Assembly: GCA_016201865.1 (NCBI GenBank)
Contig: JACQCA010000039.1
Location: 5,327-69,326, forward strand
DNA from: Nitrospirota bacterium
Lineage (GTDB): Bacteria > Nitrospirota > Nitrospiria > JACQBZ01
Reading direction: 5' to 3'
Length of the DNA stretch: 64,000 nt
Numbering within the stretch: the first letter of the stretch is position 1; every line of letters starts with the position of its first letter. A program made the translations under genes and the position numbers. Below, piece after piece: positions 29,827 to 41,000 of the stretch. Below the pieces are notes generated by a model. That model did no database searches. It was not told the origin of the DNA and was given only the letters and a program-made list of their open reading frames with translations.

Positions 29827-32307
29827 TTAGCTCACCGTGAACAACTCCAATTTCCCCTTCCACTTTCTTGCCAGAGCCGCCTTCAACGCGGCATGTTCCG
29901 GCTTGGAGAGGCGCGGATCGATCGAGAGCAGCCGAAAGGCCTCTTCGCGGGCCTCCTCTAAAAGTTTCGCGTCCCGAAGAATGTTCGCCACTCGTAATTC
30001 CGGCAGACCGGACTGGCGCGTCCCAAAAAATTCGCCGGGTCCCCGGATCGCCAGATCCTCCTCGGCGATCACGAACCCGTCGTTGCTCCGGACCATCGTG
30101 CTCAGCCGCCGCTTGGCCTCCTCCGAAACCGGCGCGGCGGCCATCAACAAACAATACGACCGGTGGCTTCCCCGACCGACACGGCCGCGGAGCTGGTGAA
30201 GCTGCGAGAGACCGAACCGCTCGGCATGCTCGACGAGCATCACCGTCGCATTGGAAACATCGATCCCGACCTCGATGACCGTCGTGGCCACCAGGATCTG
30301 GATCCGCCGCTTTTTGAAAGCCTCCATGACCTTTTCCTTTTCCTCCATCGGCATCCGCCCGTGCAGCAATCCGATCGAGAGGAAAGGAAACACGTCCCGT
30401 TGCAGATGATCCGCCATTTTCACGGCGGCCTTGAGATCCGATTTCTCCGATTCCTCCACGAGGGGATAAACGATATAGGCCTGACGGCCCTCCCTCATCT
30501 GCTCGGTGAGAAGGGCGTAGGCGCGGGAACGCTTCGACTCGGAATAGAGACGGGTCTCGATCGGGGCCCGGCCCTTGGGCATCTCGTCGATCACCGATAG
30601 ATCCAGGTCGCCGTGAACCGTCAAGGCCAGCGTCCGAGGAATCGGCGTGGCCGTCATAATCAGGATATCCGGACCGTACCCTTTTTTCTTGAGCAAGGCG
30701 CGCTGCATCACGCCGAACTTGTGCTGCTCGTCGATCACCGCGAGACCTAAACGGCCGAACCGAACATCCGCCTGGATCAGGGCATGGGTTCCGATGATGA
30801 AGGCCGGCTCCCCGGCGGCAATCGCTTTTAACGACTTCGACATTTCCCGTTTCGACTGACCGCTGGTCAGAAGCAGACACGGCAGCTTGAACGGCCTCAA
30901 CCACTGCTTGACGGTTAGATAGTGCTGTTCCGCCAGGATCTCGGTCGGAACCATCAGTGCGGCTTGATAACCGTTGTCGGCCGCGATCATCATCGCGGCC
31001 AGCGCCACGACCGTCTTTCCGCATCCCACATCGCCTTGAAGCAGTCGGTTCATCGGATGCGGCCGGGCCATATCCCGTTTGATCTCTTCCAGAACAGACT
31101 TCTGCGCGCCGGTGAGCGGATAAGGCAGTCCCTCAAGAAACTGCCGGAGATAAGGGCCGTCCGTCTGAAAGGCCGTGCCCTTGGGCTCCTCCACCGCCTC
31201 GCGCCGTTTCAGGCCCAGTCCCAGTTGAAGGAGAAAGAATTCACCGAACGCCAACCGGCGATGCGCCTCGCTTCGCCCCTCGTTCAGCAACGCCAGCGAC
31301 GTTCCTTCCAACGGAAAATGGGCCTGGGTCAAGGCTTCCGAGAATGGAGGAAATCGATGCGACCGGATCACGGAAGAAGGAAGGATTTCCTGCAACTGAG
31401 AGGCGTATTCCTCCAGAACGGCCTGGATCAACGATCGGATCGGGCGGCCGGTTAAGCCCTGCGTGGTATGATAGATCGGCACGATACGACCGGTGTGCAA
31501 TCCGACCGTCGCCGCCGGCCCACCGGCGGACGCGGGCTCGTTATCCAAGATCTCGTAAATCGGGTTTTCGATTTCCAGACCGTAGCCCCGATAGCGGTTC
31601 ACGTTCACCTTCCCGGTGAGCATCACGCGTTGGCCATTTTTGAACAACTTTTGCAGATACGGTTGGTTGAACCACTTGACGAGAATGGAGCCGCTGTCGT
31701 CGCTCACCACCATCTCAAAGATCTTAAACCGGCGGCGCGAGGTGATCGTCAGATGGGTCGACTGAACCACGCCGCAGAGGGTCTGCTCCTCGCCCGGCGT
31801 CAGCCCGGCCACCGGCTTGAGACGACTGCGGTCTTCATACCGCCACGGGAGGAAATAAACAAGATCCTCCAGGGTTCGTATTCCCAACCGATCGAGCCAT
31901 TCGGCCCGTTTGGGTCCCACCCCTTTCAGATACTGCACCGGCCGGTCCCACAAAACGGTCGCAGAGGGCGGACCGACCGGAACGTCGGGCCGACCCGAAC
32001 CGGACGATGAGGGAGCGGCGGATCGGTTTAACAATCGCTGAAGAAGCGCGCAGGCTTCTTCAAGACGGCGACGACGATCCGGTTCGAGAAGCCGGTCGTA
32101 ATCGGCGAAGAGCTTGTTTAACGCCGCCAAGGCGCGCGCGTCTTCTTCGGAAGGGTTCTGAGCGGAAGCCGTCTGAACCTGTTGCGTCACGAATGCGGCC
32201 AGTCCCTGGATCTTCATGACGTGCGAGAAATTTTTTTGAACGGCGAATCGAATGGGTTTTTGAAGACGGTCGAGGATGGCCTCCAGCGATTCGACTTTGC
32301 TTACCAT
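29827..32307 (-). CDS. recG: ATP-dependent DNA helicase RecG
   Basis: LLQGDVGCGKT, IDEQHKFG, MTATPIPR, HQLRGRVGRG; track start 32340 lies inside a palindrome, so ATG 32307 is preferred. Confidence 0.95.
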   Translation of the reverse strand: MVSKVESLEAILDRLQKPIRFAVQKNFSHVMKIQGLAAFVTQQVQTASAQNPSEEDARALAALNKLFADYDRLLEPDRRRRLEEACALLQRLLNRSAAPSSSGSGRPDVPVGPPSATVLWDRPVQYLKGVGPKRAEWLDRLGIRTLEDLVYFLPWRYEDRSRLKPVAGLTPGEEQTLCGVVQSTHLTITSRRRFKIFEMVVSDDSGSILVKWFNQPYLQKLFKNGQRVMLTGKVNVNRYRGYGLEIENPIYEILDNEPASAGGPAATVGLHTGRIVPIYHTTQGLTGRPIRSLIQAVLEEYASQLQEILPSSVIRSHRFPPFSEALTQAHFPLEGTSLALLNEGRSEAHRRLAFGEFFLLQLGLGLKRREAVEEPKGTAFQTDGPYLRQFLEGLPYPLTGAQKSVLEEIKRDMARPHPMNRLLQGDVGCGKTVVALAAMMIAADNGYQAALMVPTEILAEQHYLTVKQWLRPFKLPCLLLTSGQSKREMSKSLKAIAAGEPAFIIGTHALIQADVRFGRLGLAVIDEQHKFGVMQRALLKKKGYGPDILIMTATPIPRTLALTVHGDLDLSVIDEMPKGRAPIETRLYSESKRSRAYALLTEQMREGRQAYIVYPLVEESEKSDLKAAVKMADHLQRDVFPFLSIGLLHGRMPMEEKEKVMEAFKKRRIQILVATTVIEVGIDVSNATVMLVEHAERFGLSQLHQLRGRVGRGSHRSYCLLMAAAPVSEEAKRRLSTMVRSNDGFVIAEEDLAIRGPGEFFGTRQSGLPELRVANILRDAKLLEEAREEAFRLLSIDPRLSKPEHAALKAALARKWKGKLELFTVS

Positions 32308-32328
32308 AATGAGGTCGTCGAAGGTTTC

Positions 32329-32356
32329 GTAGAGACGCATGGCAACGCGTCTCTAC
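32329..32356. repeat. GTAG-type REP-like palindrome upstream of recG
   Basis: GTAGAGACGC-ATGGCAAC-GCGTCTCTAC (perfect 10-bp arms). Confidence 0.75.
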
Positions 32357-32447
32357 ATTGTGCAGAAAAACCCTTGTCACGCGACGGACGATATGATACC
32401 ATAGCTTCACGGTCTCTGCAACTTTAACAAAAAGAAGGAGAAGTTTC

Positions 32448-32639
32448 GTGGCGTATGTATGTGCAATCTGCGGCAAAGGACGGGTCATCGGGATGAAGGT
32501 CAGTCATGCCCATAATAAATCGAAGCGTCCTTTTTATCCGAATCTTAAGTCCGTCAAGGCCCTTGTTGACAATACGACCCGACGAATCAAGGCCTGCACC
32601 CGATGCATCCGATCCGGATGGGTGACGAAGGCCGGTTGA
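32448..32639 (+). CDS. rpmB: 50S ribosomal protein L28 (zinc-ribbon form)
   Basis: CAICGK, VSHAHN, PNL, CTRC; AGGAG RBS; upstream TTGTCA-17-TACCAT. Confidence 0.95.
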   Translation: MAYVCAICGKGRVIGMKVSHAHNKSKRPFYPNLKSVKALVDNTTRRIKACTRCIRSGWVTKAG

Positions 32640-32684
32640 GCCGTTCCGTCAACCCCAAAACCGGTCGCCCGCTTCGAGGAAACC

Positions 32685-33653
32685 ATGATCGAGATCTTCG
32701 CCTTCACAAAAGAAAACGGTCTTCGAAGAACGACGGACGCCGGATCATTGCCCGGCCTGCTCAAGGATGAAACGGAATCGGTCTGGGTCGATCTGGAAAC
32801 GCCGACGGAAGAGGAAACCCAGATCCTGTCCTCCATCTTTAATTTTCACCCCCTCGCAATCGAGGATTGCATCGCCGAGTCTCACCTCCCCAAGCTGGAC
32901 GACTTCGGCGACTATCTTTTCCTGGTTCTTCACGGGGCGCGCCGCGGGGATATTTCAGGAACGTTCAAAACGGTCGAGCTGAACTTTTTCCTGGGCAAGC
33001 GCTACCTGGTCACCTACCATCAGCAGCTGTCCCGCAGCATCAACCGCACGAAGGAACGATGCCTGAAGAACTCGTTGGCCATGTCCCGCGGCATGGATTT
33101 CCTGCTGTACGAGATTCTGGACGGGACGGTCGACAACTACTTTCCAATCCTGGATGACTTCGACGAAGTGTTGGATGAGCTCGAACACGAGGTCACGGCA
33201 TCCCCCAGCAAGGAAACCCTGAACCGGATCTTCTCACTGAAACGGGATGGGATGTCCCTCCGACGGGTCACCAGTCCACAACGGGAAATCCTCAACCGTT
33301 TGAGCCGCGACCCGTTCGCGGTGGTCAACAAACGGACGGCCATTTATTTCCGAGATGTGTATGACCATCTCGTGCGAATTAACGACCTGGCCGAATCGTA
33401 CAAAGACCTCACGACCGGACTCCTGGAGGCCTACATCTCTATGGTATCAAACCGTTTGAACGAGGTCATAAAAGTGCTCACGGCGCTCACCGTCGTCTTT
33501 ATGCCACTCACAGTCATCCCCAGCATCTACGGCATGAACTTTAAGAACATGCCCGAACTGAACTGGGAGTACGGTTATCCTGTCGCCCTCGGAATGATGG
33601 CGGTCATCGTTGTTGTGATGTTGGGATTTTTCCGCAAGAAGAAGTGGATTTAG
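32685..33653 (+). CDS. corA: Magnesium/cobalt transporter CorA
   Basis: FHPLAIED, YGMNF, MPELNWEYGY, two C-terminal TMs. Confidence 0.95.
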   Translation: MIEIFAFTKENGLRRTTDAGSLPGLLKDETESVWVDLETPTEEETQILSSIFNFHPLAIEDCIAESHLPKLDDFGDYLFLVLHGARRGDISGTFKTVELNFFLGKRYLVTYHQQLSRSINRTKERCLKNSLAMSRGMDFLLYEILDGTVDNYFPILDDFDEVLDELEHEVTASPSKETLNRIFSLKRDGMSLRRVTSPQREILNRLSRDPFAVVNKRTAIYFRDVYDHLVRINDLAESYKDLTTGLLEAYISMVSNRLNEVIKVLTALTVVFMPLTVIPSIYGMNFKNMPELNWEYGYPVALGMMAVIVVVMLGFFRKKKWI

Positions 33654-33663
33654 GCGCAAGCCC

Positions 33664-34473
33664 CTAAAATAAATACCGGAATCCGACGGACAGCCCGTAG
33701 TGGGGACTGGCCTTCGTCAGGCCGTGGCTCCACGCCAGACTCAACACCTTATCCACATCCATGTCGTATAACAAACCGACCAAGGCCGACAACGGATTTG
33801 CCGACGTTCCCGGCGCCAGCCGGGAGGACAGCGTGGACGACTTGGGATAGCGGTTGGTCTCGCCCGCCAGCTCGCCCGCAACGCGAAGATGATCGGCCAC
33901 CGTCAGGTAATCGAACGCCAGACTGTAATTGAATACATCGTTCAGCGTCGTGTTGGCCGGATTGCCGACGAAGACGTATCCCAGATTCAGATGAAGGGTG
34001 ACCGGGAAAAATTCTTTGGACGCGATCGCCCGGACGCCGACATCCGGCTCGCCGGTGCAGTCCGGCGAGAGGGCCTTGTTCGAATTGCAGCTCGGGAACT
34101 TCACCGTCAATTGTCCGGCGATCGAAACCGGATTCGCTTCGCGTCCCTTGATGAAACGAATCTTCGCCTTGAGCTTCAGATCGCCCAATCCGTCTTCGTC
34201 CGGAGCCTCCTGCGCCAATCGAAAACGATACGGGGCCTCCACCGAAAAATCGAGATTGTTGATCAAGCCGTAACTCAGCTCCGTCGTCAGGGCCATCGAG
34301 GAGAGCGTGCGTTTCCAGCGCTCATCCAGCAGACTCACATCCAGCCTCGATTTGCCCCGTTCGACCGGAACGGCCGTCTCGGACGCCAGATAGGGAAGAA
34401 GCGCGAAGGCCGGTCTGGATTGAAAGAGGAACTGGGCAAGAATCAGTACCCCAAGGACTATGCGCGAGGCCAT
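33664..34473 (-). CDS. Outer-membrane beta-barrel (SphA / MetA-pathway transporter-like)
   Basis: Signal peptide, GLGDLKL, HLNLGY, terminal YLF. Confidence 0.75.
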   Translation of the reverse strand: MASRIVLGVLILAQFLFQSRPAFALLPYLASETAVPVERGKSRLDVSLLDERWKRTLSSMALTTELSYGLINNLDFSVEAPYRFRLAQEAPDEDGLGDLKLKAKIRFIKGREANPVSIAGQLTVKFPSCNSNKALSPDCTGEPDVGVRAIASKEFFPVTLHLNLGYVFVGNPANTTLNDVFNYSLAFDYLTVADHLRVAGELAGETNRYPKSSTLSSRLAPGTSANPLSALVGLLYDMDVDKVLSLAWSHGLTKASPHYGLSVGFRYLF

Positions 34474-34521
34474 CCGAATCCTTTCGATGCCGTCCGATCG
34501 GAGACGGCCAAAATCTCACGC

Positions 34522-34550
34522 ATTCTACTGAGGGCGGGCGGGGTTGTCAA
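34522..34550 (-). promoter_or_regulatory. Putative sigma70 promoter of 33664-34473
   Basis: Minus strand TTGACA-17 nt-TAGAAT. Confidence 0.7.
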
Positions 34551-36052
34551 GAAGATTTGGGAACCCGTTTCCTCCAGATCCAAGGCAGCAGGATCATTCC
34601 GGCCAGAATCAGGACGGAGCTCCGAGGATATTTGACGCCGTAGACAACAGGCGTCAGGGCCCATCGCGTGACGGCCCTCAAGGTCTCATGGTCCCGGATG
34701 TAATCGGCCATAGGCGGCGATGCCCTGTAATAGAACGATACGAACATCCGGCCGATGCGATTCGTCAGAAGATAGTCATCCCGGAATTGTCTTAAGACCC
34801 GGACCTCGGGCGCAAGGGAACTCCCATAGGCGGCAGTCGCGATGAAGCAGGGTCCGCCACCGCCCCCACCGGAACCGCCCCCTCCCGCGCCGCCTCCACC
34901 CACCGCCGTAGCGGTAAAATTGACCCCCGTCACATCCGCCCCGTTCACGGTGACGGCCTGGTTTACCGGACTAAAGGTATCGCCGGCCAGGCTCGGGGTC
35001 ACGGTATAACTGCCGTCTGCAAGGCTGCTGAAGCTGTAGTTACCGTTCGCATCCGTCATGGCGGTACTCGAAGCCGCACCGGTTAGGGTCATTGTCACCC
35101 CGGAGAGGCCCGTGCCGGAAGCCGTTACGGTACCCGAAATCAAATAGGTTACGACGACGGCACTGTATACAGGAAGATCCAGAAGAAAGAGCCCGGCGCC
35201 GGTGGCGGCGATCAACTTGCGCGAAGGCGTCAGCGCAAGCGCATAGATCGAGCTTCCGGCCGTCGTCAATCCCGTGCCGCGCGCGATCCAGCTCCCGCCG
35301 CCGTCCGCGGAGTAGTAGACGCCTGCACTCGTCCCGGCATAAACGGAGTTCGGATCGGCCGGGTCTACAAACAGAGCATTGATCTCCGGGAGCGGCGTCG
35401 GCAGGCCGGAGTTTTTCCGGCTCCAGGTGAGCCCGCCATCGGTGCTCTTATGCGCCCCGCCCGTCCCGGCGTAAAGAATAGCGGTGTTGGTCGGGTCAAT
35501 CGCGATGGTGTAGACGTAATCGGCCACATTCGGCGCATCAATGTGAACATCGGCCCAGTTCGCCCCGCCGTCGCTGCTCTTGACCAGATTGGGCGTACCG
35601 GTGCCTCCGGCATAGAGCGTTCCGGATATGACGGGGTCCATCGCAATAGTATAGGCGCGGATTTCACACCCGAAGCACGGCGCCTCCGGAGCGTGAGCCC
35701 AAGCATCTCCCCCGTTCGTTGACTTGATGATGAACGAATCCCCTATGACTTTTGTCGGAAGGCTGAAATCCCCGGCATAGATCGTGGTCGGCGTATTCGG
35801 ATCGATGGCCAGCGATTTATTCTGCTCGCCGATGTCTGTTCCGGTCGCCACGACGGTCCATGAAGCGCCTCCGTCCAGGCTTCGCAGCACATCTCCACCC
35901 GATGCAGCATAAATTGTGGATCCATCGGCCGCTAAGGCACGCACATTCAGCCCTTGGATTCCCCCTGCAAGAGTGCTCCAGGTTATTCCGCCGTCCGTTG
36001 TCTTGTATACAGCTTTATTTCCACCAATTGATATTCTCTTTTCCAGCAGCAT
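34547..36052 (-). CDS. C-terminal part of frameshifted surface protein: BNR/Asp-box propeller, Ig-like domain, Gly linker, CFI-box-CTERM anchor
   Basis: Repeated SxDGGxxW; [43 protein letters not shown]; no signal peptide of its own. Confidence 0.8.
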   Translation of the reverse strand: MLLEKRISIGGNKAVYKTTDGGITWSTLAGGIQGLNVRALAADGSTIYAASGGDVLRSLDGGASWTVVATGTDIGEQNKSLAIDPNTPTTIYAGDFSLPTKVIGDSFIIKSTNGGDAWAHAPEAPCFGCEIRAYTIAMDPVISGTLYAGGTGTPNLVKSSDGGANWADVHIDAPNVADYVYTIAIDPTNTAILYAGTGGAHKSTDGGLTWSRKNSGLPTPLPEINALFVDPADPNSVYAGTSAGVYYSADGGGSWIARGTGLTTAGSSIYALALTPSRKLIAATGAGLFLLDLPVYSAVVVTYLISGTVTASGTGLSGVTMTLTGAASSTAMTDANGNYSFSSLADGSYTVTPSLAGDTFSPVNQAVTVNGADVTGVNFTATAVGGGGAGGGGSGGGGGGPCFIATAAYGSSLAPEVRVLRQFRDDYLLTNRIGRMFVSFYYRASPPMADYIRDHETLRAVTRWALTPVVYGVKYPRSSVLILAGMILLPWIWRKRVPKSS

Positions 36053-38165
36053 AGGCGACCAGCGAACTATTCGTCGGGTCGGCCGCCACCGCGAAAAAGC
36101 TGTAGTTGGACGGGCTGCTCGTGGAGGTCCAGATACCGGGAATCGTCGGGACTTCCGGTGAACCCGGCCCTTCGACCGATCCTTCGACCGCCGTCACAAT
36201 CAACGAGTAATGTTTATTATTTGACAGCCCGGTCAGCGTGAAGGGGCTGGTCGCGTTGGCGATTGTTGCACCGCCCGTCAGAGTCGAGTAGTTGTCCTTT
36301 GTCACGCCGGACTGCTCGGCGTAATAGAGGTTATACGACGCGGCGCCTAAAATCTGATCCCAGGCCACCGTCACCCGCCCGTCTCCCGGCGTAGCCGTCA
36401 CCCGAATCGGCGGCGAGGGTTGAACGCCGTCGGACGGCGGGACTCCGGTAAAGACGAAGGGTCCGATATCTGTTAGATAAGCGATGTCGCCATCGGCCAG
36501 CCATGGGGTGTTGACGGACGTCGCCGGAGCAATATCAACGACACTGATGTCGCTTCCATCGTAGTACCGAAGAGCGCCCGCGGCGTCAAGCCAGACGAGC
36601 TGTCCACGCTGAAGTTGCACAGCGGGTTCCTGCTGACCCGGTGGGCCAGGTCGCGTTGATGGATCGCTTGTCAGAAGGACCCCTCCATTGAGAATGATGT
36701 TTCGCGTTGTTCCATCGGTGTGGAGCCACGAAACATGGCGTCCATCGGTTTGAGGGGAAGAGTTCTGACCCGCTGTATCCGTTGTGAGCTGAACTGGGGC
36801 TGGACTCGCCGTTGTGCTGTCGTATAAAAAAACCTGTGAGATGCCGCTTACCGTTTTTACATACACGATCCGGCCCTGACTCAATGACGGCTGGTCTGCG
36901 AATACTCCGGAGTCGATGACGCTCGTGGTTGTCCCGTTGTAGAAGACCAGCTTGGTGGGATTGGCTCCGTCATCAAAAAAGAACGCTGCCTTGCAGTTGC
37001 TCGTTCTGACACGCCCTGCGCCGGCCGTCGCAATGGTAGGTCCGGTCGTCACGTTAATCCCGGATGCGACGTTGGTGGCGACCCCATCAGCGGGATTGAC
37101 CTGGAAGACGTCCTTAACCAACGTGGTGTTGCCGGACGACTGCTGAAGGATCATTAAGACGCAGCCGTCGGCGATGGCCACGCCCTCCGGGTTAAATGTG
37201 GTCAGGCCGAACCTCAAAGTCGTCGAGGTAACCTTCTTGGGCTGGCTTCCGTCGTTGACCCACACCCATCCATCGTCCGTCCCTCGTCGCCAGGCGCCGA
37301 CGACCTGTCCCGGAGAAGAACCGCTTCCGAGGGTGAACACAACGTTGTCGATGTTGCCCGGACTATTCACAGCATCCTTCTGCTGAACTTGAGCAACATT
37401 TGTCCCGTCGTAGAAGAACACGGTACTGCTTGCTGCATCAAACAAGAGCACCTTTCCCCGACTGGTGCTGCTGTTCCTTTTGCCCCAGCTATCACCGCTT
37501 CCGAGTCTGCGAGCCCGGGTGGTCAGGGTCGCGGACGTCCAGATGGTGTTGTTTCCTCGGGACCGGGCGGTCACCACAACCGTGTCGGACGCCCCGTCCT
37601 GCGCGTTGGACAGAACGGTGACGGTTACCGTTAGATTCGTGTTGGCGCTCGCGGCCAGCGAGACGTTGCTCACGGAGAGGATTGTTGACCAGAGATTGCC
37701 GTTGAGCGTCAGATCAAAAACGTCCGCCGCCTGGCCTGTGTTTGACACCTGGAGGGTATAGACGACGGTCAGCCCCGGGGCGTTCGTGCCGGATGTCGGA
37801 TTTGAACTGAGCGTAACGACCGTGACATTGGCAGCCGGCTCGTCGGAGGCATTGCCAGGGAAAAATCGCGCGTCAATCTCCGATTTATTCGTCCAGCCGT
37901 CGCCGTCGGAATCGAGCGTTTCGATCGCGCTGAAGCTGTGACTATGACTTTGGAAATCATTCGCGTAATTATTATGCGGTGTAGTACTGCTCGGAAAGTT
38001 CGGGTGGCACAGATTGCATGCGTTCAACCTCGTCCCGCTGGTACCGTATCGGGTGTCGAAATCCGTAAGATATTGAGGGACTGCCAGAACCGCAACCGGG
38101 TTTAAAACAACCCCAACGATGAACAGGAAAAATAACGGTGTCCTAATCGTCATGGATCTGCTCAT
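36015..38165 (-). CDS. N-terminal part of frameshifted surface protein: signal peptide, CxxCH domain, DSDGDG motif, Ig-like, propeller, FN3
   Basis: [31 protein letters not shown] and [10 protein letters not shown]3; ends in the middle of a BNR repeat. Confidence 0.8.
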   Translation of the reverse strand: MSRSMTIRTPLFFLFIVGVVLNPVAVLAVPQYLTDFDTRYGTSGTRLNACNLCHPNFPSSTTPHNNYANDFQSHSHSFSAIETLDSDGDGWTNKSEIDARFFPGNASDEPAANVTVVTLSSNPTSGTNAPGLTVVYTLQVSNTGQAADVFDLTLNGNLWSTILSVSNVSLAASANTNLTVTVTVLSNAQDGASDTVVVTARSRGNNTIWTSATLTTRARRLGSGDSWGKRNSSTSRGKVLLFDAASSTVFFYDGTNVAQVQQKDAVNSPGNIDNVVFTLGSGSSPGQVVGAWRRGTDDGWVWVNDGSQPKKVTSTTLRFGLTTFNPEGVAIADGCVLMILQQSSGNTTLVKDVFQVNPADGVATNVASGINVTTGPTIATAGAGRVRTSNCKAAFFFDDGANPTKLVFYNGTTTSVIDSGVFADQPSLSQGRIVYVKTVSGISQVFLYDSTTASPAPVQLTTDTAGQNSSPQTDGRHVSWLHTDGTTRNIILNGGVLLTSDPSTRPGPPGQQEPAVQLQRGQLVWLDAAGALRYYDGSDISVVDIAPATSVNTPWLADGDIAYLTDIGPFVFTGVPPSDGVQPSPPIRVTATPGDGRVTVAWDQILGAASYNLYYAEQSGVTKDNYSTLTGGATIANATSPFTLTGLSNNKHYSLIVTAVEGSVEGPGSPEVPTIPGIWTSTSSPSNYSFFAVAADPTNSSLVAYAAGKENINWWK

Positions 38166-38291
38166 GGAAACTGTGCCTCCGGATCTATTTTGAGTATTGC
38201 CGATTCTATTCGAGTGGCGTAAAAAGGTCTAAGGTCTATAGATGCTTTTCACATCACAGACCTCGACATGAATTACGTTATGTATAAATAC

Positions 38292-38366
38292 TGGAGCGGG
38301 CGGCGGGATTTGAACCCGCGACCAAGAGCTTGGGAAGCTCCTACGCTACCGCTGCGCTACGCCCGC
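38292..38366 (-). tRNA. tRNA-Gly (CCC)
   Basis: GCGGGCG acceptor stem, GGAGC-TTCCCAA-GCTCT anticodon arm, GGTTCAAATCC T-loop, encoded CCA. Confidence 0.96.
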
Positions 38367-38378
38367 ACGTTGCGAGCC

Positions 38379-38406
38379 ATTATACACCATCTGGAAATGC
38401 TGTCAA
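38379..38406 (-). promoter_or_regulatory. Consensus sigma70 promoter of tRNA-Gly
   Basis: Minus strand TTGACA-16 nt-TATAAT. Confidence 0.8.
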
Positions 38407-38415
38407 AGCCTTTTA

Positions 38416-39582
38416 TCAAAGGCTCACGGAGGCGAACTGTTTCTTGCCGACTTTAATCTGGTAGGTCTTGCCAAGGGACAGGGTGTGATTAATATCGGTG
38501 ATCCGCCGGCCGTCCACGTCCACCGCGCCCTGCTGAATCAGCCGTCGGGCCTCGCTCTTGCTCTTCGCCATCCCCACCTTAACAAGGACCTGCACGACAT
38601 CCGCGCCGGACTCGATATCGATCCTTGCGGCCTGCTGCGCCGGAAATTCCTTCTTCCGAAATTTCTGATCAAAGTCACGGCGCGCCTCGATGGCGGCCCC
38701 CTTTGAATGGTACCGGCTGACCAGCTCTTCCGCCAGCTTCAGTTTCGCCTCCATCGGATGCATCGCACGGATCGCGTCAAGATCGTGATCCGTCAGCAGT
38801 TCATAATAACGCAGCATGAGGGTGTCGCTGACCGACATGACCTTCCCGAACATCTCGGCCGGGGGGTCTTCGAGCGCGATATAATTTCCGTAGCTCTTGC
38901 TCATTTTTCGGACGCCGTCGGTGCCTTCCAACAGCGGCAGGGTCATCACGACCTGCGGCTCCATGCCGCGGGTGCGCTGAAGCTCCCGGCCGACCAGCAG
39001 GTTGAACTTCTGATCCGTCCCGCCCAGTTCCACGTCGGACTTCAGCGCCACGGAATCGTACCCCTGGATCAACGGGTAGTAAAACTCGAGAATGCTGATC
39101 GGCCGCTGCTCCTGATATCGTTTTTGAAAATCATCCCGTTCCAGCATCCGGGCGACGGTCATCATCGTTCCGAGCTTGATGAAATCCAGACTGGAGAGCT
39201 TTCCCAGCCATTCACTGTTGAACCGGATCTTCGTCCTCTCCCGATCCAAGATCTTGAACACCTGACGCTCATAGGTTTTGGCATATTCCCGGACTTCATT
39301 CTCCGTCAGCGACTTGCGCGACTCCATCACGCCCGACGGGTCCCCGATCATTCCCGTAAAGTCTCCGATCAGGAAGATCACCTCATGGCCCAGGTCTTGA
39401 AACTGTTTTAATTTGTGCAGCAGGACCGTGTGGCCCAGATGGAGATCGGGAGCGGTCGGATCAAACCCGGCCTTCACTCTCAACGGCCGCTTTTGGCTCA
39501 GTTTATCCATCAGCTCTTTCTCCTGGATCACTTCGACGACCCCGCGGAGAAGAAGCTTCATCTGTTGCTCGGCCGGTTTCAT
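38416..39582 (-). CDS. tyrS: Tyrosine--tRNA ligase
   Basis: [27 protein letters not shown]-terminal S4 domain. Confidence 0.97.
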   Translation of the reverse strand: MKPAEQQMKLLLRGVVEVIQEKELMDKLSQKRPLRVKAGFDPTAPDLHLGHTVLLHKLKQFQDLGHEVIFLIGDFTGMIGDPSGVMESRKSLTENEVREYAKTYERQVFKILDRERTKIRFNSEWLGKLSSLDFIKLGTMMTVARMLERDDFQKRYQEQRPISILEFYYPLIQGYDSVALKSDVELGGTDQKFNLLVGRELQRTRGMEPQVVMTLPLLEGTDGVRKMSKSYGNYIALEDPPAEMFGKVMSVSDTLMLRYYELLTDHDLDAIRAMHPMEAKLKLAEELVSRYHSKGAAIEARRDFDQKFRKKEFPAQQAARIDIESGADVVQVLVKVGMAKSKSEARRLIQQGAVDVDGRRITDINHTLSLGKTYQIKVGKKQFASVSL

Positions 39583-40994
39583 CCGGTTCCTTTTTTTCGA
39601 GGAAGATGGATTGCGGAACCGTAAACATCCTCCGCCGCCTCCATCATCGCCTCCGACAGCGTGGGGTGGGCATGAATCATCTCGGCGATATCCGACGCCT
39701 TGGCGCCGAGGCGCATCGCGATCGCCGCTTCATGGATCATGTCGGAGGCATGCGGACCGACGATATGCACACCCCGGATGCGCTCGGTTTCGGCCTCGGC
39801 GATCACCTTCACCACGCCGACGATTTCATCCATCGTATGCGCGCGCCCTAATGCCCGGAAGGGATACCGTCCGACGCGGACCGAAAGCCCCCGCTCGACC
39901 GCCTCCCATTCCTTGAGGCCCACCGTCCCGATCTCGGGCATTGTGAAGATGCCGGCCGGAACGATGTCGTAATTCATCGAATGCCCGCCGGAATCGGAGA
40001 CGGCATTGGCCGCGGCGATCTTCCCTTCGGCCGAAGCGACATGGGCCAACAGGATCCGCCCGACGGCGTCGCCGACGCCATAGACGCCGGGCGCGCCGGT
40101 TTCCATCCGTTCATTCACAAGGATCTCGCCGCGCTTTCCGAGGCCGACCCCGGCCTCGTCCAGCCCCAGCCCCTCCGTATTCATCCGCCGCCCGATCGAG
40201 ACCAGAAGACGCTCGGCCGCGGTCGTCCGGCCGTCGCTCAACGTCGCGACGATCTGGGTGGGTTCGACGACCACTTTTTCCACGCGCTTGCCGAGATGGA
40301 GCGTGATGCCGCGCTTGTTCATCTCCCGCTGGATGAGGGAGGAGACCTCCTCATCCTCGGTCGCCAGTGGACGGTTTTTCATCTCGACCATCGTCACGGC
40401 GGCGCCCAGCGCTTGATACAGGAAGGCGAACTCGCAACCCTCGATCCCGGCCCCGACGATGAGAAGGCTTTTCGGAAGGACACGGGGCTCCAGGGCCTCT
40501 TCGCTCGTGATCACCCGTTCTCCGTCAAATGGAAAGATCGACGGCTTGATCGGTTTGGATCCGGTCGCGAGGACGATGCGGTCCGCTTCGATTCGTCTTG
40601 ATGATCCACCCGCATCGCTCACCTCGACGGTGCGCGGTCCGAGCAATCGGCCGCGGCCCTTCAGCAGATCCACGCCCCAGCTTTTCAGCAGCGCATGGAT
40701 CCCGCGGACCTGGGTCCGGACGATCCGCTGTTTTCGCTCCAGCATTCGCGTGACGTCGTACGTCGGCTCGCTCGTCACGCGAATGCCGAACTCCTCGGCA
40801 CGCGCAAGCAGGCCCACCACCTCGGCGTTGAAGATCAGCGCCTTGCTGGGGATGCAGCCTTTGTTGAGACAGGTCCCGCCGACTTCCTGCTCTTCAATCA
40901 AACTCACCTGCGCGCCGAGCTGAGCCGCACGGATGGCCGCCACATAACCGCCCGGGCCGGCGCCGATCACAAGGATTCGTCGGCCTGCTTCCAT
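39579..40994 (-). CDS. lpdA: Dihydrolipoyl dehydrogenase
   Basis: [27 protein letters not shown]. Confidence 0.96.
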   Translation of the reverse strand: MEAGRRILVIGAGPGGYVAAIRAAQLGAQVSLIEEQEVGGTCLNKGCIPSKALIFNAEVVGLLARAEEFGIRVTSEPTYDVTRMLERKQRIVRTQVRGIHALLKSWGVDLLKGRGRLLGPRTVEVSDAGGSSRRIEADRIVLATGSKPIKPSIFPFDGERVITSEEALEPRVLPKSLLIVGAGIEGCEFAFLYQALGAAVTMVEMKNRPLATEDEEVSSLIQREMNKRGITLHLGKRVEKVVVEPTQIVATLSDGRTTAAERLLVSIGRRMNTEGLGLDEAGVGLGKRGEILVNERMETGAPGVYGVGDAVGRILLAHVASAEGKIAAANAVSDSGGHSMNYDIVPAGIFTMPEIGTVGLKEWEAVERGLSVRVGRYPFRALGRAHTMDEIVGVVKVIAEAETERIRGVHIVGPHASDMIHEAAIAMRLGAKASDIAEMIHAHPTLSEAMMEAAEDVYGSAIHLPRKKGTG

Positions 40995-41000
40995 CGTCTT

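Noticed and set aside
32308-32340. N-terminal extension of recG as given in the ORF track
   Set aside because: That ATG is supplied by the REP-like palindrome; ATG 32307 is more plausible, although the true start is unproven
34529-34550. att-like copy of the tRNA-Gly 3' end bounding an island
   Set aside because: Only loose GC-rich similarity; it is the spacer of a TTGACA-17-TAGAAT promoter
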